From a virus, in the IMG/VR virus record IMGVR_UViG_3300027801_001565: DNA of 64,000 bases. One strand, 5' to 3'. The translations under genes were made by a program, and so were the position numbers. The notes beneath the pieces are model-generated. The model searched no databases and was not told where the DNA came from. It worked only from the letters and a program-made list of their open reading frames with translations. Positions 52,888-63,863 of this stretch are shown in pieces; position 1 is the first letter of the stretch, and every line of letters starts with the position of its first letter.

Positions 52888-54141
52888 TTAACTTCCGAAC
52901 TTTTTGCTTTGAGTAATGCCTTGTACATATCTACTCATTACAGTGTTCTCAGTTAATGTTCCCTGATCAACGCTATCTTCTAGCTTTTCACTATCATCTG
53001 CTTTCGCTTTAGGAAAGTAATTTTCCTTGATAACATTTAGTTTCCTTGTATACATTTCCTTACTGTCAAACGTAATGTCTTCAATAAGTGATGCAAACTT
53101 TTCCACCTCTGTTTCAGCTAGATCGTCAACCACAGAACTAAAAATAGTTTGTTTAAGTAGTTGTTCTCTGTCTTCGCTGATTGCGACTGATTTATTAATC
53201 TCTTCATCTAATTTAGATTTTAACTCTTCAATCTCTTGCTGTTGATTAGTCAACACATCGAGTTTGTCTTCAGGTACATCAATATAATGTTCCGTGAATA
53301 CTTGCTGAAGGCCTTGTATAAAGCTCTCAGTAATTTCGTTGCGTAGTCCGTTCTCAATAGCTAGCTCGTTTTCAGCCATCCACTGCTCAGTTACATAACT
53401 GAGGTATTTGTCGATGTTTTCAACAAGTTTTTCTTTTGCCTCGTCGAAAGCTTTATTAGCTTCCTCTACCAACTCTGCTTCAATTCCTGAAACTTGTTGG
53501 TTTACTCTGGCCACAACTGTAGCTTCAAATAATGATGCTGCTTGTGTTTTAAATTCTTCTGAAAGATGTTCTTCGTCTGCAAATAAGTTAGCAATGTCTT
53601 CCTCGAACAAAGTATCTACTTCTAACTCTTCGTCTGATTCGTCTGTAATAACATCTTCTGCTACTACTTCTTCATCGGACTCTTCGTCTTCTGTAATTAC
53701 TTCGTCTTCACTCTCTTCACCGTCAACGATTTCTTCGCCATCTACATAAGTATCTTCTTCTAAAGCTTCATCTTCCGACTCTACTTCTTCTTGAGCTACA
53801 TTACCTTTAGACGATGCTTGTGCAACAACAGATTGTGTTGGTGTACTATCGTTATAGTTAGGTGCCTTACCGGCGCCTGAGTTTGAAGGACGAGGGGCAC
53901 TACCAGCTTTTGCTGATGCTTCTTTTCCTACCGCGCTAGTCAATCCGCCTTCAGGGTTCGCTGAACCGCTAAGGTCTTGCTGATCTGGATTTGGATTGGA
54001 GTTGCCTTGTAGGGGATTTGTAGCATCACCATTACTAGAATTATCTAGAGGACGATTTGCCGCTCCTTCTTCTAGTACTTCAACAGACTCGGATTTAACC
54101 TTGCCTTCTAGAAGTTCTCTGATTTTGGATTCTACTCCCAT
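52888..54141 (-). CDS. gp22: Prohead core scaffold protein
   Basis: Acidic; LSEEFK...LFEA, YLSYVTEQWMAEN, FTEHYIDVPE and IKENYF; between gp21 and gp23. Confidence 0.92.
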   Translation of the reverse strand: MGVESKIRELLEGKVKSESVEVLEEGAANRPLDNSSNGDATNPLQGNSNPNPDQQDLSGSANPEGGLTSAVGKEASAKAGSAPRPSNSGAGKAPNYNDSTPTQSVVAQASSKGNVAQEEVESEDEALEEDTYVDGEEIVDGEESEDEVITEDEESDEEVVAEDVITDESDEELEVDTLFEEDIANLFADEEHLSEEFKTQAASLFEATVVARVNQQVSGIEAELVEEANKAFDEAKEKLVENIDKYLSYVTEQWMAENELAIENGLRNEITESFIQGLQQVFTEHYIDVPEDKLDVLTNQQQEIEELKSKLDEEINKSVAISEDREQLLKQTIFSSVVDDLAETEVEKFASLIEDITFDSKEMYTRKLNVIKENYFPKAKADDSEKLEDSVDQGTLTENTVMSRYVQGITQSKKFGS

Positions 54142-54189
54142 TTTACTTCTCCTTTTAGGATTATGTTTAATTAATATAATCTAATAAAC

Positions 54190-54203
54190 TATTTATATTT
54201 ATA
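54190..54203 (-). promoter_or_regulatory. Tandem T4-type late promoters (gp22)
   Basis: TATAAATATAAATA. Confidence 0.75.
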
Positions 54204-54213
54204 CAGATTTCTA

Positions 54214-54873
54214 TTAGAATTTAGACAGTTTATCTAAAAAATTGCTAAATACTTGTAACTTAGCTTCCTCTAGATTAGCACTAGACGTTCTCTGAATCAA
54301 CCCTTTCGATTCTTCGATGTCTTGTTCTGTCCACTTATTATTAATGAAGATCCATTCCCTTCCTTCCATTATACCGGAAACAAAAGCGTCTGGAGCGCTA
54401 GGATCCGCAACAATATCTGCTGCTGTGGCAAGCATAAAGTCGTTCTGTACTTCATTAATGCCATTCCTCTCTTTCAAAGAGCCCAATCCTCTGGAGCTAA
54501 CTCCAAGCTGAGCGCCTTCGCTAATAAGTTCTTTTACAATACGACCCATAGGCGTGTCCATCACTTTTGCCTTACCGATCCAATTGTTGCCGTCTTCCCG
54601 AAGGGAGACAATCATGTGTGATACACGATCTAAATTAACTGTAGGTCCTTCTGGGTGTCCCAGTTCTCCATAAGCTCTTTTAGTATCTACGTTTTCTCTA
54701 ACGTAACGATTGACTTCAGTTCGCATAATATCCTTGGGATACATACGGCCGTTTTTGTTTGTTAAATCTGATTGTAAAAACACACCTTCTATAAAGACAT
54801 TAGGTTTCTTAGGATCCTTAGTCTCTTCTGTGAGGTAGTTAATACTTTCGTTAAATTCTTTGATTAGTCTCAT
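54214..54873 (-). CDS. gp21: Prohead protease
   Basis: NKNGRMYP, GELGHP, GVSSRGLGS and DIVADPSAPDA. Confidence 0.97.
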   Translation of the reverse strand: MRLIKEFNESINYLTEETKDPKKPNVFIEGVFLQSDLTNKNGRMYPKDIMRTEVNRYVRENVDTKRAYGELGHPEGPTVNLDRVSHMIVSLREDGNNWIGKAKVMDTPMGRIVKELISEGAQLGVSSRGLGSLKERNGINEVQNDFMLATAADIVADPSAPDAFVSGIMEGREWIFINNKWTEQDIEESKGLIQRTSSANLEEAKLQVFSNFLDKLSKF

Positions 54874-54885
54874 TGTGACTCTCCG

Positions 54886-55311
54886 TTAACCTAGACTTCC
54901 ACCGTTATAAACACTACCTGAATCGTTGGTGTCTAATGGTGCGTCTTGGTGTTGTTGTGAACCATATCCAGAAACTTTAGCACAATCAACTATAACAGTA
55001 CCGCCAGCTCCGCCGGCTATAACTACTTCTATATCTGATGTTGCTTCTGAGTTGTCTGAAAATCCGTACATATCTATGTTACCGGACTCCGTAAGTTCGT
55101 ATAGTACGACGGAGTTACGTTGCACCTTAGCGGATGCCCCGGATGATAGTGTCCATTTAAGGCCTTTAATGTTAACTGCAGGGGAGTTCTGTGACTCTGA
55201 TGATTTCTTTAGTGTTGTTGCTAAAGCAATGGTACCGGTAGCTGCAGTCCCCCTTACAGATACTACACCCTGTACTTGGGTTAGTTTTAAATTATTTACT
55301 GTGACTGCCAT
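54886..55311 (-). CDS. Conserved virion-associated protein upstream of gp21
   Basis: Beta-rich 141-aa ORF in the head block; AGGA SD. Confidence 0.6.
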   Translation of the reverse strand: MAVTVNNLKLTQVQGVVSVRGTAATGTIALATTLKKSSESQNSPAVNIKGLKWTLSSGASAKVQRNSVVLYELTESGNIDMYGFSDNSEATSDIEVVIAGGAGGTVIVDCAKVSGYGSQQHQDAPLDTNDSGSVYNGGSLG

Positions 55312-55333
55312 GATTGTTTCCTATGTTAGTTGT

Positions 55334-55624
55334 TTAATATTTTTTCTTGTGGTTCATGTGTGGGCCTTCTTCTAAGATCTCCACATTGGAATCATTCACA
55401 TCAACTGTTTCTATACCGTGTTCAAACATTACTGAATAACTCGATACTCTACCAAATTCATCTGGTGCAGAATGTTCACCATGTATTGGTGTACCTTCTT
55501 TCCATTCTTTGTGCATTATTTTTGAAGCACAAAGATGTTTGTCTCCTTCTAAAGAGCCTGCTGCTACTCCATCTACTGGAGTCTCTACAATAACTCTTTC
55601 TCTATATTCTTTAAGTGTTTTCAT
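55334..55624 (-). CDS. Prohead core / internal protein with capsid-targeting-like N-terminus
   Basis: MKTLKEYRE N-terminus; HLCASKIMH...FEHGIE; between gp20 and gp21. Confidence 0.55.
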   Translation of the reverse strand: MKTLKEYRERVIVETPVDGVAAGSLEGDKHLCASKIMHKEWKEGTPIHGEHSAPDEFGRVSSYSVMFEHGIETVDVNDSNVEILEEGPHMNHKKKY

Positions 55625-55892
55625 CTTCGACTGGTCTCCCTGTAGTTGTATCAATATCCACAAGCGCATCATCCAATGAGACTCCAGTAGGTTCCATATT
55701 AGGATCTACACTCTTGGAGAAAACAGCCTGTGCTTTCTCTTGTCTCAAAGTATCTAACGCATCAGTAGTTCTAGAGTGCATTAAATCAGCGAACTGACTC
55801 TGTGCATCTGCTGAATTACCTGAGATTATGTTGTTTAACATATCTGTTGTAGTTACCTCAACCTCTTGTTCTGTTGTTGTTTCTTCTGTCAT
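55611..55892 (-). CDS. Prohead core protein (gp67-like position)
   Basis: Small acidic ORF directly after the portal gene; GGAG SD. Confidence 0.6.
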   Translation of the reverse strand: MTEETTTEQEVEVTTTDMLNNIISGNSADAQSQFADLMHSRTTDALDTLRQEKAQAVFSKSVDPNMEPTGVSLDDALVDIDTTTGRPVEDENT

Positions 55893-55893
55893 T

Positions 55894-57492
55894 TTATTCT
55901 CCATTATCTGGGCCTGGTGGAGGAGTATCTCCGCCTGGTACATCATTACTTATATCACCTTCAGGTGCCGGTTGATCCGTCGGCACTTGTTGTAAGGGAC
56001 TCCATTGATACTGCCTACTGTACTGTGGCTCTGCCATAATCTCAGTTTCTATTGTATCAATCTCTTCATCTGTTAAGTTAAGCACATTCTTTTGAATGTA
56101 ACGCTTACTAAAAAATGTTCCTATATAAGCAGCTAGTCCGTTTAATACTTCTACTCTGCTTCTCAAAATCTCTTGTTCTTTAGACTCTGTGTAATAAGCA
56201 TCTGTGGCAAACTCAAATTCTATATCATCTTTGATGTCTGTCCAATCTTCTTCTGTAATAACACCTTTTAGTAAGAGCTGTGTATGCAAAAGATCGCTTA
56301 ACAATACTGAGAACTTTCTCCTTAACTTGATGATGAATTTTGTAAACTTCATCTCGTCTCGGTTTATCTCAGCAGCTCTACCAAAATTAAGTCCTGCTTG
56401 TTGTTCTAAACGTGATACAGGAATGTTTAATGACTGATACAATTTACGTTGAAAATATACTACGTCTTCAATCTGCCCTAGGTTTTGTCCTGCTGGCAAT
56501 GTATCAATACTTGTTCCTGTTCCACCTTCTCTTCTGGGTAACCAAAAGTCTTCAAGCATGGACATAAACTTCTTATCATCTCGGATCTCGCCTGTGTTAG
56601 CATCGTATACTAACTTGTTTCTATACCGATCCATGATGTCTTTCATGTACTGTTCAGCCTTCATCTTAGGAAGGTTACCAACATCTACATAAAATATTCT
56701 TCTTTCAGGAGCTCTTGTAATCCTATAAATTACAACTGCGTTCTCCATCATTCTTAACTGGTTTGCTGGCCTAATTGCCTTATGCAAATATGATAACGCT
56801 ATATTCTTATCGTGATCTACTAAACCACTTGGTGCGTATGCTATAGCGTCCTTCGTAATCTTCAGCCCTTGCTGATTTTCCGGTGCAACATATGCGCCTG
56901 GTTTTGAGGTAACCCCTTTATCATTATAGATAAAGAACTCCTCAATCTCTTTAATAAACAATATGCCTGAAGGATTCTTTTCCTTCTTAACTTCTCGTAC
57001 CTTTCTAATCTTTCTAGGGTCAATGTATCTTACATCTTTAATCCCTGCCTTGGGATTCTCTAGATCGATTACTTTATGAAAGAATAACTTACCGTCTATA
57101 TACCAACGTCTAAAATAATCTTGAGCTTTATCTTTAAAGTCCAACATCATTTTGATGTCATCAAATTCCTTCATAATAGACTTACGAACTGACGAAGACA
57201 ACTTGACGTTGTCTAGGTTAAGTTCCACTGGAGACTCGTTCTCCAACTGAGCAATGCTCTCATTAATAATATCTTCAATAGCTGTATCAACGTCTGCCAT
57301 CCCGGCTATGTCACGATACCTCTTAATTAATTCAGACTCGGTTTGGGCAACGCCCTCCAAATCCATGTAGGTACCGTAGTAACCGCCTGCGCGTATACTC
57401 TCAATAGCACCGTCTTCGGAAGGGGCAACAAACGATTTCTCGTTTGAAGCCTTATCCTCTTTCCGCTTAATCTCAAATCCAAATAAATCCAT
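55894..57492 (-). CDS. gp20: Portal protein
   Basis: WYIDG, YRITRAPERRIFYVDVGNLP and EDFWLPRREG. Confidence 0.98.
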   Translation of the reverse strand: MDLFGFEIKRKEDKASNEKSFVAPSEDGAIESIRAGGYYGTYMDLEGVAQTESELIKRYRDIAGMADVDTAIEDIINESIAQLENESPVELNLDNVKLSSSVRKSIMKEFDDIKMMLDFKDKAQDYFRRWYIDGKLFFHKVIDLENPKAGIKDVRYIDPRKIRKVREVKKEKNPSGILFIKEIEEFFIYNDKGVTSKPGAYVAPENQQGLKITKDAIAYAPSGLVDHDKNIALSYLHKAIRPANQLRMMENAVVIYRITRAPERRIFYVDVGNLPKMKAEQYMKDIMDRYRNKLVYDANTGEIRDDKKFMSMLEDFWLPRREGGTGTSIDTLPAGQNLGQIEDVVYFQRKLYQSLNIPVSRLEQQAGLNFGRAAEINRDEMKFTKFIIKLRRKFSVLLSDLLHTQLLLKGVITEEDWTDIKDDIEFEFATDAYYTESKEQEILRSRVEVLNGLAAYIGTFFSKRYIQKNVLNLTDEEIDTIETEIMAEPQYSRQYQWSPLQQVPTDQPAPEGDISNDVPGGDTPPPGPDNGE

Positions 57493-57527
57493 AATTTTAT
57501 ATCCTGTTTCCCATTACTGGGGCCAAC

Positions 57528-58049
57528 CTATGTGTTTGTATAATGCTGGTACTGGAAAGTAACAGTAAATTCTTCAATTACATCGTTTTGTGCATATTGT
57601 AATGCAATCTCAGACATGTTAATCGGAAATGCATCATGTAAAAGATACGTTCCTAATGGTAATGGTTTATCATTTCTGTCTAAATGTTCGACTGTTAAGT
57701 CCACTTGATATTCAGCTGGTGTCAATGCTTCAGCACCGTTGTCTACCTTGTCATTCATTATTTCCATCCATTTTTCAAAGGGCCCTCTCAAAGACTGATT
57801 AGTATCATTAATGATAGTAATTGTCCATGGATCAAAAATCCTTTCGCCTGCTAATTTAACTTCCCTACCTCGGTATTGTACAATAGCTGGGTTTACTGTA
57901 GAAGCTGGTATCGCTGCTCCAGAAACCAATACAGAGTAGTCGTTTTTAAGGCCCGCTGCTGCTAATGTAGGGAATACCAAAAGTACACGAAACTGATTGG
58001 GACGTGCGCCGCCCTGTCCTAGTTTCGATTTAAAATCTGCTATGTTCAT
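57528..58049 (-). CDS. gp19: Tail tube protein
   Basis: GGARPNQF, GREVKLAGERIFDPWTITI and IEEFTVTFQY; late promoter at 58068..58075. Confidence 0.96.
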   Translation of the reverse strand: MNIADFKSKLGQGGARPNQFRVLLVFPTLAAAGLKNDYSVLVSGAAIPASTVNPAIVQYRGREVKLAGERIFDPWTITIINDTNQSLRGPFEKWMEIMNDKVDNGAEALTPAEYQVDLTVEHLDRNDKPLPLGTYLLHDAFPINMSEIALQYAQNDVIEEFTVTFQYQHYTNT

Positions 58050-58077
58050 CTTTATCTCCTTTACTTATATTTATACG

Positions 58078-59991
58078 TTAGCCGCCGATCTCTTCGAAAG
58101 CTACGCCTGTTCTGGTTGCTATAAAATTCAAAGTGATAAAGTTAACTGACTTGGCAGGTTTGATGAAAATATCAGCTATAAAATTATTGCTGTCGATAAC
58201 TTCAGCAGTATTATTAGATGTATTACATATTACCTTAAAGTCGTATATTCCTCTACGTCCTTGAACGTCCCTTAAGAATGGTGTTATAATAGATGTAAAC
58301 TGTGCTCTTGTAAATGCATCATTGAATTCAAACAACTGATATTTAGCTGCTGTTGCAATGGCTTTTTCAAGTACAATAAACAATCTTCTGACATTAATTC
58401 TATCAAAAGCACTAGGTGCTCCTAATAGTGTTTTGTCGCCGAACAATACAATCCCGTTTCCAGGGCTGTTAATTATTGGGTTAACTCCAATCTTATACAA
58501 ATTGTCTCTATTAGTCTTGTTGGGGTTCCAGGCTAGCTTTACTGCATTCCTGATCTGTCCACGATTAAAACCTGCTGGTGAATACCATGGATCACGTTCT
58601 TGGTCTGTTGTTACACATAGTCCTGCAACGTCTCCGTTTAATGGTACCCATCTATACGCATCGTTGTAGCGATCATACATGTATTTCCAGTTACTATCCA
58701 TTACACTATAACTAGTGGATGCTAATGCACCTTTGTCACCTGTTATAGATGTCTCTTCATTATTACTGTTATTAACAACAGAAGCTTGTAGAGGTGAATG
58801 GAATGAGATACAGTCTTTTCTGACTTTAGAAATATTGTCTTGTACATACTTTTGGTCTACTAAAGAGTGGCCTGCTGTAAGTACTAAAGCAATATCTGTT
58901 TGTTCTTTATCATTAAATAAAGCGTATCCAGTTTGGATATCACCTGAAGATGCTGCTGCTGTAATACCACCAGTTAAACTTACTGTAGCTTCTGCTGCTG
59001 TAAATTTACTAGTGAATGTTGTTCCAGATGCTGTTGATCCGAATGTTGCGTCGCCTGCTGGATGATCTGTCCAATAAATAAAGTCTGACTGTCTATTAAC
59101 GACATCTTTATAGTAAATTGAACCACCGTCTAATGCTTTAGCATCTGATGCTTTTGAAACGCCTTCAAATCTTTCTAGAACAGTATTAACTGTGCCTGAA
59201 AACAAGCCGTCTTCGTCAATAACAACAATGTGGAATGCGTCATTTGAGCCGCCTTCTGTTGTTACTCTTTGGCTACTATAAGGTGCGCCGTCAAATTCAT
59301 TTGCATAAGTCCAGCCTGCTGATAAGACTGCTGTAGCTGTTGCTCCAGACCCACCGCCACCACTAAAGGATATTGTAGGTGCTGATGTGTAGCCGTTGCC
59401 GTTATTAGTAACAACAATAGCTGTTACCGCTCCACCTGAAACAGTTGCTGTACCAGTAGCTGTAACTCCACCAGCCGGAGCTGCTGAAAATGTTACTGTT
59501 GGTGAACTAGTATAAGCAGATCCGCCTGCTGTTACTGTGCCGGATGCTATTGAGTTGGTATCGAAATTACTAGAATCTGCGAATGCAACTTTTAAGCTGT
59601 TTCCTATAGCGCCTGGGTACTTAGCGGCAAACATTCCGTTTGTGCCAGATCCTGTGCTATGATTATTTGTGTAGTCGTCTGCATTAGCAATAAGGACCGC
59701 TGATCCTGATGCTACTGCGTTACGGGCTGCTGTTCCTACAGCTCTAACTACTTTAAGGTTGTTACCATATGCCAAGAACGATGCTGCAGTAAAAAAGTCT
59801 ACTGCTGTAGCGTTATCGGGACGGTAAAAACGTTGTACGAGATTATTCTCTGAACTAATTGTTGTGATCTCTTGAGTTGGACCCCACTGGAAGTTACCTA
59901 CCATAGCACCTGTTGTGGTTGCTACGGCTGGGACTACACTAGTAAGATCTGTTTCTTTAACAAGAACACCTGGTGATAGCTGAAATGCCAT
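58078..59991 (-). CDS. gp18: Tail sheath protein
   Basis: [32 protein letters not shown] and [10 protein letters not shown]; late promoter at 60057..60064. Confidence 0.98.
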   Translation of the reverse strand: MAFQLSPGVLVKETDLTSVVPAVATTTGAMVGNFQWGPTQEITTISSENNLVQRFYRPDNATAVDFFTAASFLAYGNNLKVVRAVGTAARNAVASGSAVLIANADDYTNNHSTGSGTNGMFAAKYPGAIGNSLKVAFADSSNFDTNSIASGTVTAGGSAYTSSPTVTFSAAPAGGVTATGTATVSGGAVTAIVVTNNGNGYTSAPTISFSGGGGSGATATAVLSAGWTYANEFDGAPYSSQRVTTEGGSNDAFHIVVIDEDGLFSGTVNTVLERFEGVSKASDAKALDGGSIYYKDVVNRQSDFIYWTDHPAGDATFGSTASGTTFTSKFTAAEATVSLTGGITAAASSGDIQTGYALFNDKEQTDIALVLTAGHSLVDQKYVQDNISKVRKDCISFHSPLQASVVNNSNNEETSITGDKGALASTSYSVMDSNWKYMYDRYNDAYRWVPLNGDVAGLCVTTDQERDPWYSPAGFNRGQIRNAVKLAWNPNKTNRDNLYKIGVNPIINSPGNGIVLFGDKTLLGAPSAFDRINVRRLFIVLEKAIATAAKYQLFEFNDAFTRAQFTSIITPFLRDVQGRRGIYDFKVICNTSNNTAEVIDSNNFIADIFIKPAKSVNFITLNFIATRTGVAFEEIGG

Positions 59992-60122
59992 GTTTTTTCT
60001 CCTCGGTTTATATTATCTTATGAATGATACACAAGTTTTTTTTAATATCATCCAACTATTTATAAGATTTTTGTTTTATACTTCTCGGTAAGTGTAGACA
60101 CATAATTAGCATTGTGTACACA

Positions 60123-61775
60123 CTACCTATTGATAAGATCCTTAAGTTTTTTCTGCAATGCTACTGGATTATATTCGTCTTCCAGTAACCATACATCGCC
60201 ACCTAATACCTCAAACTCTGGTTCTCCGCCATCATATCTTATGAAAGGAGTTAGATTAGATTCTATCTCTCCAATCTGTGTTCCATATAAACCTTCTCTT
60301 GTGTTGACATCTACCATGTCTTTAAAGAACGATTGTCCACTTAGCCACCCAAAAAGAACCATACACATAACTAAATCATCGTGATAACCTTCGTCTGCTT
60401 GATACGATTGACTCTTCTCAACAAAGGTTGATATCTCTGATATTATATGCTCATCAAAGATCAATAATTTTTGTTCCTCAAGTAAAGATTTGAATGTAAA
60501 ACACCCCTGTCTTTTAACTTGTTTAGATGTATTGACACCTAATTTAGTACTCTTTCCGAAACCTGGACTAACATACTGCCTTTGATTCTCGGTTACAGTA
60601 CTAAGTATGTTATCGTATTCTACTTCTCCATGTAGAATCTCTACTACCTGTTGGCCAATGTCATTAGTTTCAACTAAGACAAACGCATCGTTGTAGTCTC
60701 TACCCAACTTTCCTATTATATCTGGAAACAACATAGGGGCTATTTTATTATCTCTAAACTTAGCCACTACCTCATAAGGCATTGCTGTAATATCTACAAC
60801 AACACACGCTGAATAGTCTCCACCTATACCTCTAGCAGTATCTGCTACAATAGTATAGTAATGTTTTTCTTTTGGTTCTACATATATATCTAAACCATTC
60901 TTTTGATATATTGGTTCTTTTGAACTCAATCTACCAATTGTTGTAGCATTTATTAAAGTATTTGTAGACCCTAGAAACTCACATAAAACTTCTTGATTGA
61001 ATTTAACCTCACCCAAGAGGCCTTTCTGCTCTTCCAACCACTTCTCATCTCTTCCAGGAATCTCATAGTAAGGTATGAACATGTTTTTAAACCCGTTCGT
61101 ACCCTTCTCAGATTCGTTCCAAAATTTCCAAAAGTGATTATACCCTAGTGGTGTGGACGTTAATAGTATTTTTGTTGTCTCACCCGCTGAAATTGTAGGG
61201 TATACAGATGTAAAGAACTCATCCGCTATGTTGTTAGGTATGATTGCTGCCTCATCAATGTACAACCAGTTAACTGATTTACCTCGAATTGCTGATGCTG
61301 TTGTAGCTGCTGATAATACTTTACTATTATTCTCTAACTCAACGTCACCCTTGTTCCATACCCTAACACCTTGTTGCATCCAAAGTGGTAGATTTTCGTA
61401 CATTATCTGGTACCTGTTAAGTACCTCTCTAGCAGCTGATGCTTTGTTAGCCATGATGGCTACTGTTTTGTCTTCTTGAAATATTGTGTAATGTAATATA
61501 CACGCAGCTGCTGTTACAGTTTTCCCTTGCTGTCTCCCTTCCATTAAAATTACTTTTCTCTCATCCATAATGAGATCCACTTTGCCTTTTTGGCACGGGA
61601 ATAATTTAAATGGTTGTAATCCTTTGTCTAGTGTAACGATCTTTACATAGTTTTCTATAAAGTATTTTGTATCGTTCTGACATTTAATATATTCTTCGAT
61701 TTCATGTTGTGTGAAATCATGTTTGTAAGCTAATGGTTTAAGATTAGGATTGCCGTGATACGATGATGCTTCCAT
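60123..61775 (-). CDS. gp17: Terminase large subunit
   Basis: GRQQGKT, YIDEAA, LTSTPLG, ADTARG and HDDLVM. Confidence 0.98.
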   Translation of the reverse strand: MEASSYHGNPNLKPLAYKHDFTQHEIEEYIKCQNDTKYFIENYVKIVTLDKGLQPFKLFPCQKGKVDLIMDERKVILMEGRQQGKTVTAAACILHYTIFQEDKTVAIMANKASAAREVLNRYQIMYENLPLWMQQGVRVWNKGDVELENNSKVLSAATTASAIRGKSVNWLYIDEAAIIPNNIADEFFTSVYPTISAGETTKILLTSTPLGYNHFWKFWNESEKGTNGFKNMFIPYYEIPGRDEKWLEEQKGLLGEVKFNQEVLCEFLGSTNTLINATTIGRLSSKEPIYQKNGLDIYVEPKEKHYYTIVADTARGIGGDYSACVVVDITAMPYEVVAKFRDNKIAPMLFPDIIGKLGRDYNDAFVLVETNDIGQQVVEILHGEVEYDNILSTVTENQRQYVSPGFGKSTKLGVNTSKQVKRQGCFTFKSLLEEQKLLIFDEHIISEISTFVEKSQSYQADEGYHDDLVMCMVLFGWLSGQSFFKDMVDVNTREGLYGTQIGEIESNLTPFIRYDGGEPEFEVLGGDVWLLEDEYNPVALQKKLKDLINR

Positions 61776-62272
61776 TATTCAACTTCACCTTCTATTGTCT
61801 TAAGGTTTTCATCCTTAAGAGCTCTTAGTAACTCCTTAGTACTGCCTACGAATAAATTGTTTGTGGTGCCTGTAGCGCCTAATTGTTTGGCCCTAGGATC
61901 TGATGCTGAGATACGTTTACTTTTCTCTTGTATCTCTAACATGTCCTTAGCTGTGTCCTGTAAGTTTTTAATTAACCCACCTGCTACTTCAAATGCACGT
62001 GGTTGATCTGAGTTTCTGGCAATGTGTAGTATGCCTTCAATAGCCTCAGCGTTATATGCCTCTGCCTGTTTTAAAATAGACCTAGCATATTGCAAATCTT
62101 CTTCTTGTTGTTGTTGGTGTAACGCTGCCTTATCCTCTTCTGTCATTACAACAGCAGGAACAGGGCGTTCTGTTTGTATTTTTCTTAGGTTCTCTTCTAA
62201 AGCTTTGGTTACTTTCTTAGTGTCAAAAGTTTCATCCAAGTCTTTAAACGTATTAGGTTTCGAAGGTTTCAT
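61775..62272 (-). CDS. gp16: Terminase small subunit
   Basis: DLQYAR, SDQPRAFEVAG and NNLFVGSTKEL. Confidence 0.92.
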   Translation of the reverse strand: MKPSKPNTFKDLDETFDTKKVTKALEENLRKIQTERPVPAVVMTEEDKAALHQQQQEEDLQYARSILKQAEAYNAEAIEGILHIARNSDQPRAFEVAGGLIKNLQDTAKDMLEIQEKSKRISASDPRAKQLGATGTTNNLFVGSTKELLRALKDENLKTIEGEVE

Positions 62273-63041
62273 CAAAAGTCTCCATAAATGTATAGTCGTC
62301 CAAAGGCGTAGCAGTTAAAGGATTAACGGAAGTTGTAAGTGTTCCTTTATCGTTTAATGTAGTGCTAAATAGTCCTTGTGGATCATTATAAACACGGGCA
62401 ATGGCAGTTTTAATAACTTCATCACTACCAACGTGGCTGTAAAAATTCAATCTCATTGTAAAATTCAATGTCCATACTACACTTAGTCTGTTTTCAAAGG
62501 CTCCCTCATACTCGTCCTCATATCCAACATTGTCTAGTGTAATTTTAATATCTCGTTTGATTCCCATTTCAGGTAAATCGTTTATTGTAACGTTAAAGTC
62601 TGGGTTGAAGTATGGAAGTACTTGTTCCAATGCTTGTAACCCATCATCTTGGTTCTTCGCAAATATATATAAAGATAAATTCATGTTAAACGGAGTGGAA
62701 TTAAATGCTACTCTTACAGTATTAACATCGTCTCCTACACCAACTGATTTGTTCTTTTGTATTACTGCTGTCTTTCTTGCTGGATCGTATTGTAATCCTT
62801 GTATTTCAAACCCCATACGAGGTAATGTAATAGCCACTTCGCCTGCTGTACTTGTATCTGTTACCCTTGCTATCCTTGTCATAAACTTTTGTTTAGTAGA
62901 ATATGCTAATGGTATGCGTAATGTCTGAGCTACTTCGCCAGCTGCGTTCTTTCTTTCAATATTTATATTATTAAATATAGTACCAAAAGCAATGATAGCC
63001 TTTCTTATGTGACTATGGTAAAATTGTTGTCCCTTAAACAT
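62253..63041 (-). CDS. gp15: Tail sheath stabilizer/terminator
   Basis: FGTIFNNI, LPRMGFEI, YDPARK and EQVLPYFNP. Confidence 0.94.
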   Translation of the reverse strand: MFKGQQFYHSHIRKAIIAFGTIFNNINIERKNAAGEVAQTLRIPLAYSTKQKFMTRIARVTDTSTAGEVAITLPRMGFEIQGLQYDPARKTAVIQKNKSVGVGDDVNTVRVAFNSTPFNMNLSLYIFAKNQDDGLQALEQVLPYFNPDFNVTINDLPEMGIKRDIKITLDNVGYEDEYEGAFENRLSVVWTLNFTMRLNFYSHVGSDEVIKTAIARVYNDPQGLFSTTLNDKGTLTTSVNPLTATPLDDYTFMETFDETFET

Positions 63042-63115
63042 CTAAAAAGCTCCGTAGGTCTTATAAATTACTGTGTAATGGATATTAAGGCATACTGTAT
63101 TAGCACTATTACTCA

Positions 63116-63859
63116 TTAGTTAATCTCTCCAAACGGGTTCTTCTCACTAAAGTCTAATATACCTTCAAGTGTTAATAGCCTATCAAAGTCTGCGTTGTCT
63201 ATAGGTTCAGACGTTGATGCTGAGAATGCTTCATTAAGTAATGATCCACTATCTTCCAAAGTAAATAACCCACCATCTTCTAAAAATATCTGATACTCTA
63301 ACATGTCCTGAGAGTACTTCGTTTCTATAGCATCTATTGCTGCTATACCAGTATCTAAATCTTCTGAGCTGTACTCGAATAGTTCAACTGTTATTTTAAA
63401 TACATAAATGTTACCTGCCTGGTAAAAGGGATTTTGGAATTCAACATGCTTAATCTCAAAAAGGGATTTTGTTTTGTCAAAGTATATTAAATCGCCTTCA
63501 GAAGGTCTGGCTGTTTGTGTAAATGCGCCGCCAGTAACTTGGACCATGTCTTCCCATCGTCTCTTAGCTAGTATAAAGGTAGCTTGATCTCGGACTTCCA
63601 TTCCGAAACGTGTAAATATGTCGCCCTGTCCCTCGTACCCATTTACGTTGTCGAGATACATTTCCAAAGGATAGGCTGATGTGAATCTAGATAAGGTATC
63701 CTCATCAAAGATTGTGTTTTTGTTTACTATAGTTCTTGGTAGGTAGAATGTATCGTGGCCGTATATTTTAAGGCTCTCGATAATAAGATCTTCAATAAGA
63801 CGCTGTTCGCCTGTATTGCCTATCCCACCACCATTTTGAAAAAAGAAATTTGTAGGCAT
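63116..63859 (-). CDS. gp14: Neck protein
   Basis: YLPR, RPSEGDLIYF, FEIKHVE, PFYQ and DFSEKNPFG. Confidence 0.94.
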   Translation of the reverse strand: MPTNFFFQNGGGIGNTGEQRLIEDLIIESLKIYGHDTFYLPRTIVNKNTIFDEDTLSRFTSAYPLEMYLDNVNGYEGQGDIFTRFGMEVRDQATFILAKRRWEDMVQVTGGAFTQTARPSEGDLIYFDKTKSLFEIKHVEFQNPFYQAGNIYVFKITVELFEYSSEDLDTGIAAIDAIETKYSQDMLEYQIFLEDGGLFTLEDSGSLLNEAFSASTSEPIDNADFDRLLTLEGILDFSEKNPFGEIN

Positions 63860-63863
63860 GTTT

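Noticed and set aside
60056-60112. 18-codon ORF between gp17 and gp18
   Set aside because: It has no SD, it ends within the gp18 late promoter, and it is most likely a chance ORF.
12844-61775. Introns, inteins or homing endonucleases in gp41, gp43, gp46, gp17, gp20 or gp23
   Set aside because: All are uninterrupted and of normal length, with no HNH, GIY-YIG or LAGLIDADG motifs noticed.
818-62928. Numerous plus-strand ORFs in the track (e.g. 5653..6114, 33869..34300, 54926..55375, 62530..62928)
   Set aside because: They are antisense shadows of well-supported minus-strand genes, with no SD, promoter or recognisable motif. Only 50889..51110 is accepted.
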